64,000 bases of DNA from Candidatus Eiseniibacteriota bacterium. Lineage in GTDB: Bacteria > Eisenbacteria > RBG-16-71-46. The notes beneath the pieces were generated by a model. That model ran no database searches. It saw nothing but the letters and a program-made list of their open reading frames with translations, and was not told the DNA's origin. The stretch covers positions 800,001 through 864,000 of the forward strand of contig OY970342.1 in the NCBI GenBank assembly GCA_963717505.1. The letters are read 5' to 3'. Below, piece by piece: positions 61,589 to 64,000 of this stretch; the stretch's first letter is position 1, and every line of letters begins with the position of its first letter. The translations under genes and the position numbers were made by a program.

Positions 61589-63385
61589 CTACGAGGCCCG
61601 CGGGCGCAATCGCTCGAGAAACGGCGCCTCGCGTGCCGGGTCGGCGAATCCGTCGAAGTAGAAGCGACGACTCTTCCCGTACATGTCCGCGACCGCCGAA
61701 TCGGGAAGGCTCGGCATGTCGGCGATGAACCGGTCGAGGATCGCCGTGAAGTCCTCGACCCGCGCTCCGCGCCGCCGCAACTCGGTCATGATCGGCGGAT
61801 CCCAGGTCAGCACCGTCGCTTTGGCGGACCGGTAGTGAAGCGGCAGCGCCGGCACCTGCCGACTGAGCGAGTCGAACGAGACCGGATCCCACCCGAGAAA
61901 GAAGTGGGCGCGCCGTTGATCGATCAGGTAGGAACTCGACGCCTGCTTCTCGTGCCCGACGCGGCCCCGGCGCTCGAGCCTCTGGCGCGCAACCGTGGCG
62001 TCGGTCAGGCCCGCTCCGGCTTCGATCGCGACCGGAACCGCCGAGTAGTAGGCGACGATCGCCTGAGTACCGTTCACCACGCCGCGGATCGGCAGACCGC
62101 GGGTCAGCTCCTCCAATTCGAGGCCGCGCCGGCGGGCCCCCGCGCGATCGACCCCCAGGTAGTAGTCGCGCTCGCTCACGATGCCATGCACGAACGCATT
62201 GCGGTCGAACGGCTCGATCGCCAGGCCAATGCTGGCGACGACGGCGGCGGCCGCGAATGCCGGGAAGGTCGCTGCGAGCCGCGGGCGGAGCGCCCAGCGC
62301 GCGGCCAGGTCGCCGAGGGCGCGCTCCACGGCGATCGCGTAGAACGGGGTCGCGGGGATCAGAAGACGCGCGAACATGAAGTCCCCGCCGACGCGGATCA
62401 CGTAGGCGGTGTAGGCCAGAGCAAAGAGCGAGGCGAGTGTCGCGGGAGCGAGCGATGTCGCATGAGCGGAACGCCCCGGCACCGGCCACAGGCAGTGAGC
62501 CGCCCACGAGACCATCGTGAGCAACGGACCGGCGAGGAGCATCGGGTACTTCTGGAAATAGAGTTGGGCATACAACCAACCCTGGCCATACCAGGCCGTG
62601 GCCGCCGACTTGGCGTAGAACGTGTTCGGCAGGAGATCGCCGTAGTAGGCGAGCTTCCATAGAGCATAGGGACCGCCCACCGCGACCAGCACGGCCGAGT
62701 AGGCGAGCGCGGTCGCGAGCCGTCTGCCGGCAAACGCGGCCAGGTAAGCGCCGCCGAGTACACAGAAGAGGACGCCATCGGGGCGCGTCAGTGCGGCGGC
62801 CGCCAGGAGGAATCCCGCGAGAGCCGACCGGCGAATCGCGACCGACCTCTCCTGCGATTCGGGTACTGAGCCGGCCGACACCAGAGCCACGTATCCCGCG
62901 ACCACGAGGAGCGTGAAGAGTGCGGTCTCGAGCCCGCTGGTCGCGAACACTGCCGCGTCCTCGTGAAACGCGAGCATCAGCGCCGCGAGCGGCACCAGGA
63001 GCGGACCCCGGCGGCGAAACGCGGGCGACGAGATCGCTACCAACGCGATGGTCGCGAGGTAGCATGCGATGCTGGCGGCATTCGCCCACGCTTCGGCGGT
63101 AGCGCCCAGGCGCAAGCCGAGTGCGCACCACAGGGTCCAGAGGAAGTTCGTGTAGCCCTCGACCCGCTCGCCGGCGTTGAAGACGAGACCGAGGCCCTCC
63201 ACCAGGTTGCGCGCATAGCGGAACGAGATGTAGGCGTCGTCGCTGATCCACGCGAGCCGCACCGCTTGAAAGGCGCCGGCGACCATCGCGACCGCGGAAA
63301 GCAGGAGGGCGACCCGTCGCGAGGGCGACAGGCCTTCCGAAGACGATCGAGTCTCAGTGGAAGCCGTGCGGATCGGATCGATCAC
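61589..63385 (-). CDS. GT-C fold membrane glycosyltransferase (AftB-like)
   Basis: SDDAYISFRYARNL, GERVEGYTNFLW, TSGLET, LTRPDG, YYGDLLPNTFYAK, GGDFM, GRVGHEK. Start uncertain (GTG 63385). Confidence 0.85.
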   Translation of the reverse strand: MIDPIRTASTETRSSSEGLSPSRRVALLLSAVAMVAGAFQAVRLAWISDDAYISFRYARNLVEGLGLVFNAGERVEGYTNFLWTLWCALGLRLGATAEAWANAASIACYLATIALVAISSPAFRRRGPLLVPLAALMLAFHEDAAVFATSGLETALFTLLVVAGYVALVSAGSVPESQERSVAIRRSALAGFLLAAAALTRPDGVLFCVLGGAYLAAFAGRRLATALAYSAVLVAVGGPYALWKLAYYGDLLPNTFYAKSAATAWYGQGWLYAQLYFQKYPMLLAGPLLTMVSWAAHCLWPVPGRSAHATSLAPATLASLFALAYTAYVIRVGGDFMFARLLIPATPFYAIAVERALGDLAARWALRPRLAATFPAFAAAAVVASIGLAIEPFDRNAFVHGIVSERDYYLGVDRAGARRRGLELEELTRGLPIRGVVNGTQAIVAYYSAVPVAIEAGAGLTDATVARQRLERRGRVGHEKQASSSYLIDQRRAHFFLGWDPVSFDSLSRQVPALPLHYRSAKATVLTWDPPIMTELRRRGARVEDFTAILDRFIADMPSLPDSAVADMYGKSRRFYFDGFADPAREAPFLERLRPRAS

Positions 63386-63476
63386 CGCCAATGCCCTCGG
63401 GGTCCCACGCGAGCGGGGGGTAGCGTATGATGTTGCACCGCCTCGGTAGCTTTCGGCCTGTGGAGACCCCTCCTTG

Positions 63477-64000
63477 ATGCACATGCCCGCCCGCAATTCG
63501 CTTGCCGTGATCGGCGCCGGACCGATCGGCCTCGAGGCTGCCGTTGCCGGCCTCGACGCCGGCCTCGACGTCCATGTGTTCGAGCGCGGCGACGTCGCCG
63601 ACCACATGCGCGCCTGGGGCCACGTGCAGATGTTCACGCCCTGGCGGATGAACGTCGGACGGGCTTCGGCGGCGCGCCTCGCGGGCTCGGGCTGGAAGCG
63701 ACCCGATCCGGAAAGTTGCCCGACCGGCGCTGATCTCGTGAGCGAGTATTTGGAGCCGCTCGGCAAGCTCGCGGAGCTGAAGGATCGCTTGCACACGCAC
63801 GCGCAGGTGGCGCACATCAGTCGCTCGGGTGCTCTCAAGGGCGACTCGGGCGCCGCGCGCGCCGCGCATCCCTTTCGGCTCCTGGTGCGCGATCAGGGCG
63901 GGCGCGAGAACTTCCTCCACACCTTCGCGGTGATCGACGCTTCCGGCACCTACGGGCAACCGGCGTGGGCGGGCGATGGCGGCATCCCGGCGCGCAACGA
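63477..64000 (+). CDS. FAD/NAD(P)-dependent oxidoreductase, 5' part (runs off the window edge)
   Basis: Manual translation: AVIGAGPIGLEAA...VFERG..A.HMRAWGHVQMFTPW...PTG...YLEPL...VIDASGTY. Not in the ORF track. Confidence 0.85.
   Translation, partial: MHMPARNSLAVIGAGPIGLEAAVAGLDAGLDVHVFERGDVADHMRAWGHVQMFTPWRMNVGRASAARLAGSGWKRPDPESCPTGADLVSEYLEPLGKLAELKDRLHTHAQVAHISRSGALKGDSGAARAAHPFRLLVRDQGGRENFLHTFAVIDASGTYGQPAWAGDGGIPARN

Overview
High-GC bacterial chromosomal window with about 40 genes. The many secreted proteins with a C-terminal FlgD-Ig/T9SS-CTD-like tail suggest an FCB-related lineage such as Ca. Eisenbacteria (inference). Housekeeping and metabolic genes (moaA, murB, acs, pepT, a GH13 amylase, an M14 peptidase, an amidase, a ChlI-like ATPase/vWA pair, an AftB-like glycosyltransferase) are interspersed with signalling modules and giant secreted repeat proteins. 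Highlights: (1) A 726-bp near-perfect inverted repeat (38372-39097 / 42988-43713). Each arm carries a putative enhancer dyad, a sigma54 -24/-12 promoter and an identical 130-aa secreted protein gene. The arms bracket a convergent Ser/Thr kinase-STAND NTPase gene and a GAF-sigma54 activator gene. (2) An adjacent kinase / stand-alone FHA / ClpA-C-like ATPase trio. (3) A CxxU Rdx/SelW selenoprotein gene with a SECIS-like hairpin (18466-18687) missed by the ORF track. (4) Three paralogous secreted proteins, each with exactly 14 beta-propeller blades. (5) An ECF43-type sigma factor/kinase pair. No rRNA, tRNA, CRISPR array, transposase or integrase was recognised. All domain calls are by eye from motifs, not database searches.
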